Below, piece by piece: positions 29,350 to 38,725 of a DNA stretch of 64,000 nt. The notes below the pieces were generated by a model. It was given only the letters and a program-made list of their open reading frames with translations. It was not told the DNA's origin and made no database searches. The position numbers were made by a program, and so were the translations under genes. The DNA comes from an uncultured Anaerolineaceae bacterium (lineage in GTDB: Bacteria; Chloroflexota; Anaerolineae; Anaerolineales; UBA11579). Location of the stretch: the NCBI GenBank assembly GCA_964371335.1, contig CAYJMC010000004.1, positions 19,179 through 83,178 on the forward strand, given 5' to 3'. Position 1 is the first letter of the stretch. Every line of letters starts with the position of its first letter.

Positions 29350-29377
29350 GTTTCCCTCTCACGGTACAATCCCTTCG

Positions 29378-30421
29378 ATGTCCCCCACCAAAGCCGCCAA
29401 AAAGCATCTGCTCAACAAGCGGTATCAACTCGAGAACTACGTCGAGAAGGGCGGCATGGCCACTGTCTACCGCGGCCGCGACCTGATGCTGGAGCGCGAT
29501 GTAGCCATCAAAGTCCTGCGCGAGGATTATTCGCGCGACCCCGCCTTCCGCGAACGTTTCCGCCAGGAAGCTAAGGCCGCCGCCAATCTCTCGCATAGCA
29601 ACATTGTCACGGTTCACGACTTCGGTTTCGATGAGGATCACCTCTTCATCGTCATGGAGTACGTACCCGGCACCGACCTCAACACGTTGATCAAGCAAAA
29701 AAGCCGCTATTCGCTGGAAGAAGGCATTCCGCTGGTAATCCAGGCATGCAAAGGTCTGGGCTATGCCCACCGCGCGGGTCTGGTACATTGCGATATTAAG
29801 CCGCACAATTTCCTTGTGACGCCTGATAAACGCCTCAAGGTAACCGATTTCGGCATTGCCCGCGCCTTGGCTTCGATCCATCCCGATGAAGAGGCCGATG
29901 TCGTCTGGGGATCCCCGCAATATTTCGCTCCCGAGCAGGCCGCTGGCGGCGCGCCTTCCCCCGCGTCGGACGTGTACTCATTGGGTGTCATCATGTACCA
30001 GATGTTCACCGGCCAGTTGCCATTCACTTCGAAGAGCGCCGCTGACCTGGCCCAGGAACATCGTTACAAGGCCGTCAAACCTCCCATCGAACTGAATCCG
30101 GAAATCCCACCGGCTCTCAACGAGATCATGCTCAAGGTGCTTTCCAAGGAACCCTCCGCCCGCTACCGCACTGCTGACCAGCTAGGTCGAGTGCTGCTGA
30201 CTTTTGCCGCCCCTGCCGAGGTTGCCGAAGCCGAGGCTTACAGCAAACCGGCCGACAAAGCGCGCCGCACCGGTCCACAGGACAAAGCCGCCGGTGAAGA
30301 GACTGTGATCGAAACCGACTGGCTGGCTGTTGGTTTGGGCCTGCTTGCCGCGCTCTTAGTTGGCGGCCTGTTGCCTTTTTGGATGTGGGTGTATCTCATT
30401 TTTAATCCTCCGCTTCGTTGA
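29378..30421 (+). CDS. PknB-like Ser/Thr kinase with C-terminal TM helix, no PASTA domains
   Basis: GGMATVY, VAIKVL, HCDIKPHN, TDFGIAR, YFAPEQ. Confidence 0.93.
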   Translation: MSPTKAAKKHLLNKRYQLENYVEKGGMATVYRGRDLMLERDVAIKVLREDYSRDPAFRERFRQEAKAAANLSHSNIVTVHDFGFDEDHLFIVMEYVPGTDLNTLIKQKSRYSLEEGIPLVIQACKGLGYAHRAGLVHCDIKPHNFLVTPDKRLKVTDFGIARALASIHPDEEADVVWGSPQYFAPEQAAGGAPSPASDVYSLGVIMYQMFTGQLPFTSKSAADLAQEHRYKAVKPPIELNPEIPPALNEIMLKVLSKEPSARYRTADQLGRVLLTFAAPAEVAEAEAYSKPADKARRTGPQDKAAGEETVIETDWLAVGLGLLAALLVGGLLPFWMWVYLIFNPPLR

Positions 30422-30448
30422 ATTCTTCCCCTCAGTTATAATTTTGCA

Positions 30449-31129
30449 ATGGCTCCCAAGCCGCTGATCGCTCCATCGATTCTGAGCGCCGATTTCGCCC
30501 GCCTGGGTGAGCAGATCGCCGAAGCCGAACGGGCCGGCGCCGATTGGATTCATATCGACGTGATGGACGGACATTTCGTGCCGCCGATCACCATGGGGCA
30601 AGTCGTGGTCGAAGCCTGTCGCCGGGTCACCGAACTCCCGCTGGACGTGCATCTGATGGTCGAGAATCCCGACACGAGGCTGCAATCCTTTGCCGATGCT
30701 GGCGCGGATCATATCCACGTGCACATCGAGGCCAGTCCTGACATCGAAAAGAGCCTACAAACTATCCGCGGCCTGGGTTGCAAGGCCGGGTTGGCCATCA
30801 ATCCAGAGACTCCGCCTGCGGCGGCCCTGCCACATCTAAAGGCTGCCGACATCGTCTTGGTTATGAGCGTGCATCCCGGTTATTCCGGGCAGGATTTCAT
30901 CCCGGAGGTATTACCGAAGGTGGCTGAATTCAGCCGCGCAATCAAGGCCAAAGGGCTTGAAACCCTCATCCAGCTCGACGGCGGTGTGGACGCGGAAAGC
31001 TTGCCCGCCGCACTCGAGGCTGGCGGCCAGGTTTTTGTGGCGGCCAGCGCGGTTTACAAGCATCCGCAAGGAGTGGCCGCGGGCATCCAGGCGCTACGCT
31101 CAGCCTCGCTCGCAGCTCTCAAAAATTGA
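30449..31129 (+). CDS. rpe: Ribulose-phosphate 3-epimerase
   Basis: APSILSADF, HIDVMDGHFVP, DVHLM, DGGV. Confidence 0.96.
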   Translation: MAPKPLIAPSILSADFARLGEQIAEAERAGADWIHIDVMDGHFVPPITMGQVVVEACRRVTELPLDVHLMVENPDTRLQSFADAGADHIHVHIEASPDIEKSLQTIRGLGCKAGLAINPETPPAAALPHLKAADIVLVMSVHPGYSGQDFIPEVLPKVAEFSRAIKAKGLETLIQLDGGVDAESLPAALEAGGQVFVAASAVYKHPQGVAAGIQALRSASLAALKN

Positions 31130-31139
31130 TCGAGGAATA

Positions 31140-31496
31140 ATGACAACTAATAACGTTCCCCGTGGCAGCATCCATATTGCCCCGCGCGCCATCGCTGCTA
31201 TCGCGTACCAAGCCACGGTGGAATCTTATGGCGTGGTTGGTTTGGCATCCAAGAATGTATTCGATGGGCTTAGCAATTTCATTGTCAAAGACCCCGCGCA
31301 CGGGATCGAAGTCCGTTACGAAGAAGAATCCATCCTCATTGATCTGTATGTCGTTGTCGAATACGGCACCAACATCAAAGCGGTTGCCGACAGTGTTGCC
31401 AGCACGGTGCGCTTTCACGTGGAAAAAGCCCTGGGCGTCCCCATCCAAGAAGTCAATGTGCACGTCCAGGGGCTGCGAGTGAACTCCACAGAATAA
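31140..31496 (+). CDS. Asp23/Gls24 family protein
   Basis: ESYGVVGL, IDLYVVVEYG, VNVHVQG. Start 31140 after GAGGA, upstream of DAK2. Confidence 0.92.
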   Translation: MTTNNVPRGSIHIAPRAIAAIAYQATVESYGVVGLASKNVFDGLSNFIVKDPAHGIEVRYEEESILIDLYVVVEYGTNIKAVADSVASTVRFHVEKALGVPIQEVNVHVQGLRVNSTE

Positions 31497-31502
31497 AAAT
31501 CA

Positions 31503-33200
31503 ATGTTGGATCAATCGATGAAAACCGAATCTCCTCCAGCTCGTCTACGGGTCGCCGTATTGCAGCAATACCCGGTGAACGGGAAGGCGGTTAAGAATCT
31601 GGCCGAGGCGGCTTACGCCTGGCTGGAAGCCAACAAGCAAACAGTCAATGCGCTGAATGTCTTTCCCGTCCCAGACGGCGACACGGGTACCAACATGGTG
31701 CTCACGATGAAGTCGGCGATCGATGAACTTAACAAAATTCCCGAGAGCAAAGCAGGAGAAATGCTGGCCGCCCTCGCACAGGGCGCGTTGATGGGCGCCC
31801 GAGGTAATTCCGGCGTCATCCTCTCGCAGCTTTGGCGCGGCTTTGCCCGTTCGGTGGATGGCAAGGATTCCCTGAGTTCGCAAGACCTGGCGCAAGCTTT
31901 TATCGCCGCCCGCGATACAGCCTACAAAGGCGTTGTTCGTCCGGTGGAAGGCACCATCCTCACCGTTGCCAAAGACATGGCCGCAGCCGCCGAAGCCGCG
32001 GCCAGTGAAGGCGCCGACCCCATTCGACTTCTGCGCCGTGTGATGCAGGCCGCTAAGGACTCCGTCCAGCGGACGCCGGAGTTGCTGCCCATATTGAAGC
32101 AAGCCGGGGTAGTTGATTCCGGCGGCAAAGGGCTTAGCCTTCTGATGGAAGGTATGCTGCGCTGGGTGGAAGGCCAGCAACTCCACACCGCTGAGACCAT
32201 CGCGCCACCCCTCGCGGCTATGAAACTGGAGACCTCCCTGGAATCTGTCGAAGAGGGCCAGGACTACGAAGTGGTGGTGGATTTCCGTCCCCATCAAACA
32301 CTAGACCTGCCGCGCTTCTACAGCGACCTGGAAAAGATAGGCACCTCCATCCAGGTCGGTGAAGGGCAAGACATATATCGCATGCATATCCATGTCCCTG
32401 CCGACAAACGGAACGAGCCTATCGATTACATCGAATCCATCGGTACTTGGACAAACGTGAAGATGGAAAACCTGATGTCTCAGATGGACGAAATCAGGAG
32501 CAAGGCCGGCGGACCGCCGCTCAAATTGGCAACAGTGGCTCCGGGCCAGATTGCCGTGGTCGCCGTCGCCTCGGGCTCCGGAATTGCCCGCCACTTCGGC
32601 GAGCTAGGCGCCGCCGCAATCGTCGAAGGCGGCCAGACTATGAATCCCAGCACTGCGGACCTTTTGGCCGCGTTTGAAAATCTGCCCACCGATAAAATCA
32701 TCATCCTCCCCAACAACAAGAACATTCTCATGGCCGCCAACTCGGCGGCCGAGCTCACCGCCAAGAAAGCCATCGTCATCCCAAGCACCAGCATCCCCGA
32801 AGGGATGGCCGCCATGCTGCGCCTCAAGCCCCTGGGCGAGTTGGACGCGATGGCCAAAGACATGAAAGACGCGCTATCCGGCGTGCAGACTGGCGAAATC
32901 ACTACCGCCACTCGCGATGTAGAGATCGATGGCGTCAAGGTCAAGGTGGGGCAAATTATCGGCTTGCACAATGACAAACTGGTGATCGCTGCGGACGATG
33001 TAGAGAAGGCCTGCTTGCAATTACTCAAACAGATGAACGCCAAAGATTATGAAGCCATTACCCTCTTTTATGGCGAAGACCTCCACGCGGAACAAGCCTC
33101 AGCGATTGCCGAGTCCATTCGCAAAGCCTATCCCAAAAAAGAAGTGGATGTCCACGAAGGCGGGCAGCCCCATTACCCATTCATCCTGTCCGTCGAATAG
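31503..33200 (+). CDS. DAK2-domain fatty acid kinase catalytic subunit (FakA/YloV-like)
   Basis: NALNVFPVPDGDTGTNM, GARGNSGVIL, GGQTMNPS, GGQPHY. Confidence 0.93.
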   Translation: MLDQSMKTESPPARLRVAVLQQYPVNGKAVKNLAEAAYAWLEANKQTVNALNVFPVPDGDTGTNMVLTMKSAIDELNKIPESKAGEMLAALAQGALMGARGNSGVILSQLWRGFARSVDGKDSLSSQDLAQAFIAARDTAYKGVVRPVEGTILTVAKDMAAAAEAAASEGADPIRLLRRVMQAAKDSVQRTPELLPILKQAGVVDSGGKGLSLLMEGMLRWVEGQQLHTAETIAPPLAAMKLETSLESVEEGQDYEVVVDFRPHQTLDLPRFYSDLEKIGTSIQVGEGQDIYRMHIHVPADKRNEPIDYIESIGTWTNVKMENLMSQMDEIRSKAGGPPLKLATVAPGQIAVVAVASGSGIARHFGELGAAAIVEGGQTMNPSTADLLAAFENLPTDKIIILPNNKNILMAANSAAELTAKKAIVIPSTSIPEGMAAMLRLKPLGELDAMAKDMKDALSGVQTGEITTATRDVEIDGVKVKVGQIIGLHNDKLVIAADDVEKACLQLLKQMNAKDYEAITLFYGEDLHAEQASAIAESIRKAYPKKEVDVHEGGQPHYPFILSVE

Positions 33201-33209
33201 CCCCCATTT

Positions 33210-34046
33210 ATGCCCTCAGTTTGCATAGTAAGCGATTGCACCGCGCTGTTCCCGAATCCCGTCTTTAAAGGGCGCAGCCAGGTTCAACTGTTGCCTGCCG
33301 CTTGGCAGGACGATCAGCCATCAGTGGAGCGATTGAAGGCTGCCGATTTCCCTGTGTCGCTCAAGGGTGCCGAAGCCCCTGCCCTGGCGACTCCCAGCCA
33401 GGCGGAATTCGAAGACCTCTTCCGCTCTGCCGGCGGAAAATACGATGGCGTGCTGGCCATTTTGCACTCCTCCAAATTCAGCCCTGCTGCCGAACGGGCG
33501 CAAGAGGCCGCTCAGGTGCTGAATGGCACCGTGCCTGTGCGCGTCATTGACAGTCACACAGTTTCGCTTGGATTGGGCCTCATCGTGCAAGCCGCAGCTG
33601 CTGCCGCCGAAGGCGGCATGCCACTACCCGAACTGGACCTCTACGCCCGCAGCCTGATCCCTAAGAATTATGGCATGCTCTGCATTCCAGGTCTGACCTA
33701 TTTGCAGCGCGCGGGCCAGGTGAATCCCTCGCAAGCAATAGTGGGCGAATACCTGGATATATTGCAGGTCTTCACTCTCGATAATGGAGAGTTGGTGCCC
33801 ACTCAAAAAGCCCGCAACGCCCGCCACTTGGTGGATATCCTGGTCGAATTCCTCTCTGAGTTCTTTAACTTGGAGCACATCGCCATCATGCAAGGGGCGC
33901 CCAGCTTCGAGCAGGAGACCCGCGGCCTGCGCGAGCGCCTGAATGAAGAACGCCCGGGAATCCCTATCAGCGAGCAGATTATCAACGCCCCTTTCGCCAG
34001 TCTCATCGGCCCCCACAGCCTGGGAGTGTTCGCTCTGGCAAATTAA
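33210..34046 (+). CDS. DegV family fatty-acid-binding protein (divergent)
   Basis: IVSDCTA, TPS, HSSKFS, VIDSHTVSLGLG, LTYL. Follows DAK2. Confidence 0.85.
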   Translation: MPSVCIVSDCTALFPNPVFKGRSQVQLLPAAWQDDQPSVERLKAADFPVSLKGAEAPALATPSQAEFEDLFRSAGGKYDGVLAILHSSKFSPAAERAQEAAQVLNGTVPVRVIDSHTVSLGLGLIVQAAAAAAEGGMPLPELDLYARSLIPKNYGMLCIPGLTYLQRAGQVNPSQAIVGEYLDILQVFTLDNGELVPTQKARNARHLVDILVEFLSEFFNLEHIAIMQGAPSFEQETRGLRERLNEERPGIPISEQIINAPFASLIGPHSLGVFALAN

Positions 34047-34052
34047 AAACCG

Positions 34053-34113
34053 ACCACGGAGACACTGAGTCACGAAGTTTGTTTCTCTATTTAATTCTCC
34101 GTGCCTCCGTGGT
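34053..34113. repeat. Small inverted-repeat element with 9-nt periodicity
   Basis: ACCACGGAGACACTGAGTCACGAAG ... CTCCGTGCCTCCGTGGT. Confidence 0.7.
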
Positions 34114-34150
34114 GAATTATTTGCGAACCCACCTTTGCTACAATAGATCA

Positions 34151-36649
34151 ATGAAGCCTTCGCTCAGCAAGCTTCAGAAGTTCTTTCGGCTCGAAGCGCA
34201 ACGCAGTTACGATAATCGCGCCGTGTTTGGAGGATTGCAGCGCAGCCTGCAAAACTGGGACGCGGAGGCTCGCGCCGATGGCCTGGGGGAAGAGCTGGTG
34301 AATAGTATCACCGCCGAATTGCGAGACTACGAAAAGCTATCTCCTAAAGAACGCGGAAAGACACTGGTCGACATCTGGTTGCGCGTCGAACGCGAAACCG
34401 GGATGCATACCGATGGGACTAGGCCAAAGAGGAAAACCGCAACGAAAAAACCAACTAAAGCCTCGAGTCCAAAGCGAACTGCAAAAACACCCTCATCCCC
34501 ATCCCCCAAGACCAACAAAAAAGAAGGGGGATTGCTTCGTCGGCCTTCGGCCTCCTCGCAACTGCGGAAAGCAAGCTTTCCTGGACCCGCCGCGCTGGAG
34601 GCGCCTACCACGGTTCTAAATGGCGTGGGACCAGTGAACGCGGAGCGTCTGGAGAAGCTGGGCATCTTCACGCTGAGGGACATGCTCTATCATTTCCCAC
34701 GCCGCTATGACGACTACAGCCAGCAGGTGCGCATCCGCAACCTGCGCTACGGCATGGAAGTGACTGTCATCGGCGAAGTCAAACGAATTTCCAAACGTCA
34801 GGGCAAGGGTCGTCGCTTTATGACCGAAGCCATCGTGCAAGACGAGTCAGGTGCGTTACGCGCGAATTGGTTCAACCAACCCTGGATGATCCGTAACCTG
34901 GACATTGGTAACCAGATTGTGCTCTCCGGCAAAGTAGACCAATACCTGGGACGCCTGACGATGAACAATCCCGAATGGGAATTGCTTGACAAGGAGCAGC
35001 TGCACACAAACCGCATCGTACCGGTATATCCATTGACGGCGGATCTCGGCCAGCGCTGGCTGCGCGGGCTGATGAACCGGGTAGTCACCCATTGGGCGCC
35101 GCGGATCCCGGACCCGTTGCCAACTGCAGTCATCGATTCTGCCGGATTAGAGCCACTTTCCGAAGCGTTGCTGCAAGCGCACTTTCCTGATTCTCAAGAA
35201 GAGATTCAGGCAGCCCGCCAACGGTTGGCATTCGATGAATTGTTCCTGCTGCAATTGGCAGTGCTGCAGCAAAAGCAAATCTGGCAAGGCCAGGCCGCCC
35301 AACGCTTCGATGCGCCGCAAGACTGGCTGGAGGCTCAAATTGCCCGACTACCCTACCAACTGACCGGCGCGCAGAGGCGAGCACTGGCTGATTTACTGAA
35401 GGATCTAGACTCCGGACGGCCAATGAACCGACTGCTGCAAGGCGATGTGGGTTCCGGCAAAACTGTGGTGGCGGCTCTTTGCATGGCCGCGGTGACGCGC
35501 GCCGGCGCTCAGGCAGCCCTGATGGTGCCCACCAGCATCCTCGCCGAGCAGCACTATGCAAGCCTGCAGGAATTGCTGGTTAGCGAAAGGAATATGCGGC
35601 CAGCCGAGTTGCGCCTGATCGTCGGTTCGACACCTGAAGCGGAGAAAGAAGAGATCCGCGCTGGTTTGAAAGACGGCGCCATCAAAGTCGTGGTCGGAAC
35701 GCACACACTCATCGAAGATCCCGTCCTGTTTTCGCAATTGGAGCTGGTCGTTATCGATGAGCAACACCGCTTCGGCGTTGGGCAGCGCGCCGCGTTGCGC
35801 GCCAAGGGCACCAATCCCCATTTGCTGGTGATGACTGCCACACCCATACCGCGCTCGCTCTCCCTCACCATCTATGGCGACCTGGAACTAAGTGTCATCG
35901 ACGAGATGCCGCCAGGTCGTCAGGAAGTAAGCACTCATCTCTTGCTGCCCCGCGAACGCGATCGGGCATACAAGTTGATTCGCAAAGAAGTCCAGGCGGG
36001 CCGACAGGCTTTCATAATTTATCCCCTTATCGAAGGGAGCGAAAATAGCGAAACCGGGGCCGCCGTCGATGAACAAAAACGCTTGAAAAAAGAAGTCTTC
36101 CCCGACCTCAAGGTAGAGCTTCTGCACGGGCGCCTGGGCGCCGAGGGGAAAGACAAGGCCATGGCCGCTTTCCGGGACGGCAAAGCTCAGATTATGGTCT
36201 CCACCACCGTAATCGAAGTGGGCGTTGACATCCCCAGCGCTACGGTCATGCTCATCGAGGGCGCCAACCGCTTCGGCTTGGCGCAATTGCACCAGTTGCG
36301 CGGCCGGGTAGGCCGCGGCGCCGAGAAATCCTATTGCATCCTCATCCCCGACCACGAGGATGCCGCTGAAAACAGGCGTCTTCAGGCCTTGCTGGAAACG
36401 AACGACGGCTTTATCCTTGCGGAGAAGGACCTGGAGCAACGCGGCCCAGGCCAATTCCTGGGCCGCCAGCAATCCGGCTTCCTCGATTTCCGCCTGGCTT
36501 CGCTCAGCGACGCCCGCCTCATCGACAAAGCCCGCCGCCTTGCCGAACAGTTGCTGGCAGTGGACCCGGCATTGAGTCAGCCAGAACACCATGCACTAGC
36601 CGCCGCTGTGAAAAACTACCTCCGCGACGGCAAGGGAGATCTCAGCTAA
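34151..36649 (+). CDS. recG: ATP-dependent DNA helicase RecG with N-terminal extension
   Basis: QGDVGSGKT, DEQHRFG, MTATPIPR, QLRGRVGRG. Start 34151 follows TGcTACAAT. Confidence 0.96.
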   Translation: MKPSLSKLQKFFRLEAQRSYDNRAVFGGLQRSLQNWDAEARADGLGEELVNSITAELRDYEKLSPKERGKTLVDIWLRVERETGMHTDGTRPKRKTATKKPTKASSPKRTAKTPSSPSPKTNKKEGGLLRRPSASSQLRKASFPGPAALEAPTTVLNGVGPVNAERLEKLGIFTLRDMLYHFPRRYDDYSQQVRIRNLRYGMEVTVIGEVKRISKRQGKGRRFMTEAIVQDESGALRANWFNQPWMIRNLDIGNQIVLSGKVDQYLGRLTMNNPEWELLDKEQLHTNRIVPVYPLTADLGQRWLRGLMNRVVTHWAPRIPDPLPTAVIDSAGLEPLSEALLQAHFPDSQEEIQAARQRLAFDELFLLQLAVLQQKQIWQGQAAQRFDAPQDWLEAQIARLPYQLTGAQRRALADLLKDLDSGRPMNRLLQGDVGSGKTVVAALCMAAVTRAGAQAALMVPTSILAEQHYASLQELLVSERNMRPAELRLIVGSTPEAEKEEIRAGLKDGAIKVVVGTHTLIEDPVLFSQLELVVIDEQHRFGVGQRAALRAKGTNPHLLVMTATPIPRSLSLTIYGDLELSVIDEMPPGRQEVSTHLLLPRERDRAYKLIRKEVQAGRQAFIIYPLIEGSENSETGAAVDEQKRLKKEVFPDLKVELLHGRLGAEGKDKAMAAFRDGKAQIMVSTTVIEVGVDIPSATVMLIEGANRFGLAQLHQLRGRVGRGAEKSYCILIPDHEDAAENRRLQALLETNDGFILAEKDLEQRGPGQFLGRQQSGFLDFRLASLSDARLIDKARRLAEQLLAVDPALSQPEHHALAAAVKNYLRDGKGDLS
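34526..34583. repeat. Palindromic repeat copy in frame within recG
   Basis: 43-nt exact reverse-complement match to 29184-29226. Encodes GLLRRPSASSQLRKASF. Confidence 0.9.
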
Positions 36650-37176
36650 TGATACGAGCCCTGTTCCCCGCAACTTTCGACCCCATTCACAATGGGCACA
36701 TCGACATCGCCCTGCGCGCCGTGAGATTGTTCGATGAAGTGGTGGTGGCCGTGTACGAGACGCCGCTGAAGAGCTTGTTGCTTCCCACCGATACCCGTTT
36801 CGCCCTGGTGAAAGAAGTCTTCAAGAAGGAACCGCGCATCAAGGTCACCACTTATCATGGCCTGACCGTCAATTATTGCCGTGACATCGGCGCCCAGGTG
36901 GTCGTGCGCGGCCTGCGTGTGCTCTCCGATTTCGAGTACGAGTTCCGCATGGCGCTGGCCAACCGCCAACTGGCGCCCGATATCGAAACGGTGTCGCTGA
37001 TTACTAGCAAGGAACACTCGTTCCTGGCTTCAACCACGGTGCGCGAGGTGGCCTCGCTGGGCGGAGATGTAAGCGCCATGGTGCCGCCATTCGTGATGGA
37101 AGCGCTGACCAAACGCTTCGCTGAGATCAAAAAGAACGGCGAAGCCGAGTTTGTCGCCAGCCCGCCCAGGGACTAA
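36649..37176 (+). CDS. coaD: Phosphopantetheine adenylyltransferase
   Basis: FPATFDPIHNGH, RGLR..SDFEYE, ASTTVREVA. Confidence 0.95.
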   Translation: MIRALFPATFDPIHNGHIDIALRAVRLFDEVVVAVYETPLKSLLLPTDTRFALVKEVFKKEPRIKVTTYHGLTVNYCRDIGAQVVVRGLRVLSDFEYEFRMALANRQLAPDIETVSLITSKEHSFLASTTVREVASLGGDVSAMVPPFVMEALTKRFAEIKKNGEAEFVASPPRD

Positions 37177-37197
37177 TATTTGAGGATCAATATTGGG

Positions 37198-37227
37198 AGT
37201 CCCTTCGAGTTGACTAGGGGGCTTTTT
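37198..37227 (+). terminator. Possible terminator after coaD
   Basis: AGTCCCTT/AGGGGGCT stem with G-U pairs, then TTTT. Confidence 0.5.
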
Positions 37228-37296
37228 GCGTATAAGCTTTGTACCAATGCGTTCTGGTATTAATCTTGCATCATAAGGGCTGCAGATTACTTAACT

Positions 37297-37800
37297 ATGG
37301 ATATCCTCCAACTTGTAGACCGCCTCGAAGAGCTCTTCAACCAGAGCCGTCCCATCCCGCTCACCAATAACGTGATCGTGGATGAGGACAAAATGCTGGA
37401 CCTGATCGACCAGATGCGCGTCGCCATCCCCGATGAGGTGAAGAAGGCGCAAAAGCTGATCGCCGAGCGCGACCGCACCATGGCACAAGCCACTGAAGAG
37501 GCCAAGCGCACCCTGCAACTGGCGCAGGAAAAGAGCCAGGGCATGGTGCAGCGCGACTCCATCGTGGCCTCCGCTGAGGCGCGCGCCAACGAGATCCTGC
37601 ACCAGGCGCAGCTGGATGCCGAAGCCACCCGCGACGAAGCCGATAACTACGTAATCGAATCGCTAACCAATCTCGAAATGGAACTGGAACGCGTGCTGAA
37701 CCAGGTGCGCAATGGGATCCGCGCCGTCATCCAGACGCAGGATGAAAAGAAGGCTGCCAAGCAAGCGCAGGCGCCGGAACAAACCCCAGCAGAGCAATAA
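37297..37800 (+). CDS. Coiled-coil protein typical downstream of coaD (SepIVA/DivIVA-like)
   Basis: LVDRLEE..RPIPL..IVD..LDLIDQMRVAIP plus coiled coil. Confidence 0.8.
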   Translation: MDILQLVDRLEELFNQSRPIPLTNNVIVDEDKMLDLIDQMRVAIPDEVKKAQKLIAERDRTMAQATEEAKRTLQLAQEKSQGMVQRDSIVASAEARANEILHQAQLDAEATRDEADNYVIESLTNLEMELERVLNQVRNGIRAVIQTQDEKKAAKQAQAPEQTPAEQ

Positions 37801-37805
37801 ACCTT

Positions 37806-37835
37806 AAGAGCCGCAAAATGCGGCTCTTTTCTTTT
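37806..37835. terminator. Terminator between convergent genes
   Basis: AAGAGCCGCA-AAA-TGCGGCTCTT then TTCTTTT. Confidence 0.85.
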
Positions 37836-37837
37836 CG

Positions 37838-38638
37838 CTACAACCCGCGTTCCGGCCGCGTAAAGTATTTTTCCTGCAGCCAGTCATTGATTCCAGGAAG
37901 GGTGGTAGCAAACCATATCGCCACGCGCGAAATGCCGGGAAGAATTCGCGCCCGCACCGGATGTTGCGCCGCAGAGAACACTGCAGCGGCGACATCTTCC
38001 GGCCTGAGTTGCAGGAACTTGGGCGTTGTGATCCCGGTCTTGCGCTTGGCTTGGGTGTGTTGCCCGAACTCGGTCGCCACGCCGCCGGGATAAATCACGG
38101 ATACCTTGATGCCCCATACGCCAACCTCTCGGCGCAGCGCGTCACTGAAACCGCGCAAGCCAAACTTCGTTGCAGCATAGACCGTGTAAGTGGGTGTAGC
38201 CACGTATGCCGCCTGCGAGCCCATATTGATGATGTGCCCCGATTTGCGTGCAATCATATGGGGCAGCACGGCGCGAGTGGCCTGGATCACACCAGTCAGG
38301 TTTACCTGCACCTGCGCGGCAATATCTTTTTCGGGATCCAGTTCCTCCAACCACTTGGTGCGCCCGAAACCAGCGTTATTAAAGAGGATGTCGACCTGGC
38401 CGTATGATGCCAGCGTTTTGTCAACCATCGCCTGAATAGAGGCCGAGGAGCTAACGTCAGTCTCCACGGTCAGCGCTTGCCCGCCCTGGGCTTCAATTTC
38501 ACCCTTGACCGCCTCCAGACGGTCAAGGCGGCGGGCAGCCAACGCCACTCGGTAGCCGCGGCTGCCGAAGAGGCGGGCGGTGGCCTCACCAATTCCAGAG
38601 GACGCGCCGGTAACAAGTATTACGGGCTTGCTAGCCAT
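37838..38638 (-). CDS. Short-chain dehydrogenase/reductase
   Basis: TGASSGIG, NNAG, YAATK. Confidence 0.95.
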   Translation of the reverse strand: MASKPVILVTGASSGIGEATARLFGSRGYRVALAARRLDRLEAVKGEIEAQGGQALTVETDVSSSASIQAMVDKTLASYGQVDILFNNAGFGRTKWLEELDPEKDIAAQVQVNLTGVIQATRAVLPHMIARKSGHIINMGSQAAYVATPTYTVYAATKFGLRGFSDALRREVGVWGIKVSVIYPGGVATEFGQHTQAKRKTGITTPKFLQLRPEDVAAAVFSAAQHPVRARILPGISRVAIWFATTLPGINDWLQEKYFTRPERGL

Positions 38639-38661
38639 GGAACCTCACTCCAATTTCTAAC

Positions 38662-38721
38662 AATCTTGCGCCGGTTTGCCTTGAGGGTCTGGTCTGAAAT
38701 TAGGCCAAGCTTCGCAAGATT
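38662..38721. repeat. REP-doublet-like palindromic element, copy 4 (degenerate)
   Basis: AATCTTGCGCCGGTTTG-spacer-CAAGCTTCGCAAGATT. Confidence 0.65.
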
Positions 38722-38725
38722 CGAT

